In this document: in pieces, positions 61,301-64,000 of the stretch | Position numbering within the stretch: position 1 is the first letter of the stretch | Layout of the letters: each line of letters starts with the position of its first letter | Source of the DNA: Phoronis australis | Taxonomy: Eukaryota; Animalia; Phoronida | Direction: 5' to 3' | Assembly (NCBI GenBank): GCA_002633005.1 | Contig: NMRA01000001.1 | Span: 3,455,695-3,519,694 of the forward strand | DNA: 64,000 bases | Position numbers and translations under genes: made by a program | Notes under the pieces: model-generated | What the model was told of the DNA's origin: nothing | The model's database searches: none | What the model saw: only the letters and a program-made list of their open reading frames with translations

Positions 61301-64000
61301 CTTAGTGAACTCATTGGTTGTACAAAAAATGCTGCTGGCAAAGCTGTATCTGATCCAGCCATGAACAACTTGAAGGATGCTGCCAAGGTGAGCGATGAAG
61401 ATGTCTTCTCAAAGTTGTTAATCCAGGTTTATGGACCAGGAGCATTTTCTGCACCCGTGTCTTTCCTAGTTCCTTCCTTGTTTGGTAAAGTAGGAGTCAA
61501 TATCACCTGAGCAATACTCCTAATTTCTGTTTTGTGTCTGCTTACACGTTATGTATGACTATTCCAGGGTTCTTATTATTTTGTATTGCATGGTGTAGAT
61601 CATGGTGGTGAAGATTGTTCTAGATTATAGTGACCATCATTGCATCATTGTAGATTATGGTGATCAATGTGACCAATATGATGTCATTACTGTTTGATGT
61701 AGCGACCAATATCATGTCATTACTGTTTAATATAGTGACCAATATCATGTCATTACTGTTTAATATAGTGACCAATATCATGTCATTACTGTTTAATATG
61801 GTGTCATATGATGTCATTACTGTTATATATGGTGACCAATATGATGTCACCATTGCAGATTATGATAATTAACGAGACATTATTACAACTGTAGAATATG
61901 TGGACTGACGTGTTTTAGATGATAGTGACTAACGTGACATTACTAATCTCAATTATCTTTGATCAGTGTGACCTCAATATTGTAGATTATGGTGACGAAT
62001 GTGACGTCGCTGCTCAAGACGGTCAAGACTGTAGAGGACGAGGCTGCTCGCGGAACACGAGCATTGGAGTCGACCATTGAAGCCATCGGACAGGAGATTA
62101 AGGTATGTAGAGGAGACAATCTCGATGCTTTCAGTAATCGTTTGTAAGAGAAATAAAAGTTAAAAGAAAATGGACATCATTTTCAGAGTTTTTGTTGTGA
62201 ATTTTATAGTGTCGTATTTTGTGCTAGACAACTCTGTGTTCCAATTCATATGCAGTACCTGTAAAATGGTCAGAATAGTTTCTTTGCTTGGAAAAATGGG
62301 AAAGAAAAGAAAAAGTCATGGAAAAGAGAGATTTTCACAAGATAGATAGGGATCTCTAATTTTGCAGTTGATGTAAGATCATGTAATTCACTTATGCTTG
62401 GCAGCAATCACTTACAGCAAAACTTAACTATTGTGTCAACTTTTTGGTGGAAAAACATCTCTTGGATAATGAAAATTATAATCTAGATAACTAACCCATA
62501 ACAAGTGAAAACCCACCATGGGTAGGAGCCGTGTTAAGCTGGCTGTTGTGAGATTTGAGAAGTTAGTGTTTATACCTTGGTTACACCATTGTTATTCTTG
62601 CTTTGGTTTAATGTAAGTTACACGATGAAGAATTTTGTTGTTTTACAGACTTTTGAGGGTACAGGTCAGGGCAACAACAGAGGTACTTCCGAGGATCTGA
62701 TCCGTGCTACTCAGCCTCTGACACAGGCCACGGCCAAGGCTGTCGCCGCTGGCAACTCGTGTCGTCAAGAGGACGTGATGATAGCTGCCAATGCGGGCCG
62801 CAGAGCTGTGATGGACATGCTGAACACGTGTAAAGGTGCGGCATACACTACCAAGGATCTTGATATCCGAGGGAAGGTGCTGGAGTCTGGTCGAGAGACT
62901 GCCTACAACTATCAGGAGTTGCTGCAGCTGCTTAATACGGTACGATTGTAGATGGACGAGAAGTGGACATAGTCAGAGTTCAAATTTGAATGTGCCGTTG
63001 ATACATTGGTGTAATTTTGTTTTAGCGGGTGCATATTTTAAAGTACATGATAGCTGATCAGACACTCTTGATTGTAATATTCTTTTGGTTTTCCTCTCTG
63101 TGTAAATCCGGTGATCGAAAAATAATGGCAAACTTTGTTTCAATCTTTTTTCTATCTTATTCTGTTGAATTTTATGTAGGGCCAATAATTTTTGGTATGT
63201 TTCTTTGTTTTCCTTAAATTCTGTTATCCAAAATGCGTTCTTGAAATTAAATGGAATTCTGTCATTTTGCGCGTAAAGTATGTGACTAGGTTTTTGGATT
63301 TGGCAAACTTTCCATTTTTATCAATGTAAACTGAGTCACAGTTTTTACTGGATCGTGTATTGTTTCAGATCGTACTGAAACCAACTCAAGAGAATAAAAT
63401 GCAACTGGCCGTAGTTTCCAAGAAAGTGGCGCAGTCGGTGACGGAAATAGTCCAGTCTGCCGAGATCCTGAAAGGTAGGTTGCCCATTGTTGGTTGACAT
63501 GCAATATACAACATACAAAGGGGATATGTTGGCTTAGTCATCGTCGTCGTCTCAATTGTAAGGGAAATTTGATGTCACATAATCTAAACTAAAACCAAAA
63601 AGGTTTTTTTTGTTGACATACATATACATGTTATCTAATATGTTTGTGGGACAAAATCACCATCTTGTTACATAACCTTGCATAAGGGCTTCCATCAGGA
63701 AAACCAGCATAATGTCTTCCAAACCGTGGGCAGATTCTCGCTGTGTGTTAACGGGTTAGTACCACGTTATCAACAGCCGTGCAACGAAAGCCATCTGACC
63801 TCTCATCTCACAAAAGGTCCATTACAAATTGGCTAGTTAAGACGTTTTGTTAGCAATGTGTGGTACTTCTGCAGCTAGGTTGTCATGGTAACGTGTTGTT
63901 ATGGTGACTTCTGCTTAATATTTTAGGTGACGACTGGGTTGACCCTGATGATCCTACAGTCTTAGCAGAGAATGAGCTGTTGTCAGCCGCTAGCTCCATT
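32167..64000 (+). CDS. TLN: talin (44 coding exons in the window; 3' end truncated by the window edge)
   Basis: The N-terminus MATLSLKISVVGSSIVKTMQFEPSTIVYDACRIIRERIPE and many diagnostic peptides match talin: WLDHSKTLREQG, LLLRRKFFFSDQNVDSRDPVQLNLLYVQ, KNKLVPRLLGVTKESV, RWAASPNSFTLDFGDY, APGQKECD, GSRGTQACINAAS, IIGDLDTTIMFATAGTLN, WVDPDDPTVLAENELL. Exons join with GT-AG ends in a continuous frame. It looks like a single invertebrate-type talin, so TLN1 versus TLN2 is not assignable. Confidence 0.98.
33643..33714. other. assembly gap (N run) in a talin intron
   Basis: N run flanked by poly-C. Confidence 0.99.
34596..34774. mobile_element. ~180 bp MITE, copy 2
   Basis: TIRs AATTGACCTATC / GATAGGTCAGTT. 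Homologous to 19725-19906. Confidence 0.85.
37715..37909. repeat. 12-bp (24-bp higher-order) minisatellite abutting a talin acceptor
   Basis: About 16 units of ATAYTWTGTTCA ending in ATACTATGTTTTCAG|exon. Confidence 0.95.
37910..42475 (+). CDS. TLN: talin linker and rod R1-R2, start of R3
   Basis: Exons 37910-37986, 38514-38694, 39202-39342, 39682-39842, 40252-40405, 40810-40978, 41215-41426, 41995-42108, 42365-42475 (e.g. DEESTMLEDSVSP, LPPLGSDA, DYTAVGSAV, LLGLAKAVANATAALVLK, EMVKQARVLAQ). Bundle boundaries are approximate. Confidence 0.93.
43468..44041. mobile_element. PIF/Harbinger (Tourist-like) MITE
   Basis: ~40-bp TIRs GGGCTGTTCCAGCAAAATCTGTGTGGGAGGGGGGGAAGGCA / TGCCTTCCCCCCCTCCCATACAGATTTTACTGGAACAGCCC. 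TAA target duplication at 43465-43467 and 44042-44044. Subterminal GGGTGGT repeats. Confidence 0.92.
44485..52945 (+). CDS. TLN: talin rod, approximately R3-R6 exons
   Basis: Exons 44485-44616, 45779-45907, 46715-46828, 47216-47329, 48124-48258, 48601-48729, 49037-49120, 51218-51445, 52197-52316, 52608-52945. Confidence 0.93.
50293..50625. mobile_element. piggyBac-like non-autonomous element
   Basis: Imperfect TIRs CCCTTGATGGTCACAGA / TCTGCGACCATGAAGGG, followed by TTAA. The left flank (TTAAAA) is an imperfect TSD. Confidence 0.6.
51425..51760 (+). repeat. 27-bp degenerate tandem repeat spanning a talin exon end and donor
   Basis: Unit AATCAAA(A)CAGRYTRGCTCAG|GTGAGAC, decaying with distance from the exon. 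Confidence 0.85.
53354..58515 (+). CDS. TLN: talin rod, approximately R7-R9 exons
   Basis: Exons 53354-53537, 53987-54253, 55412-55573, 55909-56049, 56660-56841, 56984-57116, 57444-57716, 58369-58515. Confidence 0.93.
56072..56140. mobile_element. 69-bp miniature inverted-repeat element
   Basis: CATGGGCGGCGCACCA / TGCTGTGCCACCCATG ends, flanked by the direct repeat AGAGT (56067-56071, 56141-56145). Confidence 0.55.
58713..64000 (+). CDS. TLN: talin rod, approximately R10-R12 and start of R13 (I/LWEQ)
   Basis: Exons 58713-58814, 59170-59289, 59902-60048, 60556-60722, 61078-61387, 61986-62102, 62649-62939, 63369-63474, 63927->64000. Confidence 0.93.
61590..61985 (+). repeat. 33-bp-unit tandem repeat derived from the downstream talin acceptor and exon start
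   Basis: Units such as TAG-ATTATGGTGATCAATGTGACC and GTGACCAATATCATGTCATTACTGTTTAATATA resemble the true junction TAG|ATTATGGTGACGAATGTGACGTCGCTGCT at 61986. Confidence 0.85.

Noticed and set aside
63879-63910. X-box-like palindromes (GTTGTCATGGTAAC; also GTTGCCATGGTTAT at 46857) inside talin introns
   Set aside because: Isolated motifs far from any evident promoter, so no functional support.
32167-64000. Antisense ORFs overlapping talin exons (e.g. 40225-40533, 45697-46020)
   Set aside because: Shadow ORFs of Ala/Leu-rich helical coding exons.

Overview
Eukaryotic, AT-rich, intron-rich DNA from an animal (probably a marine invertebrate; the taxon cannot be fixed from the sequence). Two genes lie head-to-head around ~8.1-8.4 kb. 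On the minus strand is the 5' part of a WDR49/CFAP337 (WDY-like) EF-hand + WD40 gene: 6 coding exons from 7691 down to 432, with a seventh starting at position 2 and leaving the window. On the plus strand is a talin gene: putative non-coding exon 1 ending at 8412, a ~23.7 kb first intron, ATG at 32167, then 44 coding exons covering F0-F3, the linker and rod R1-R12, and entering R13 at the window edge. Introns carry several MITEs (hAT-, PIF/Harbinger- and piggyBac-like, one foldback), a decayed RNase H-bearing non-LTR retrotransposon, an ~865 bp duplication around a single N (probably an assembly artefact) and an N gap. The least explained signals are two. First, tandem 'echo' repeats copied from talin's own splice junctions create arrays of alternative donors and acceptors. 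Second, a candidate cluster of 5/9/16-nt microexons lies inside talin R3 and keeps frame only when all three are combined. Both are inferences that need RNA evidence.
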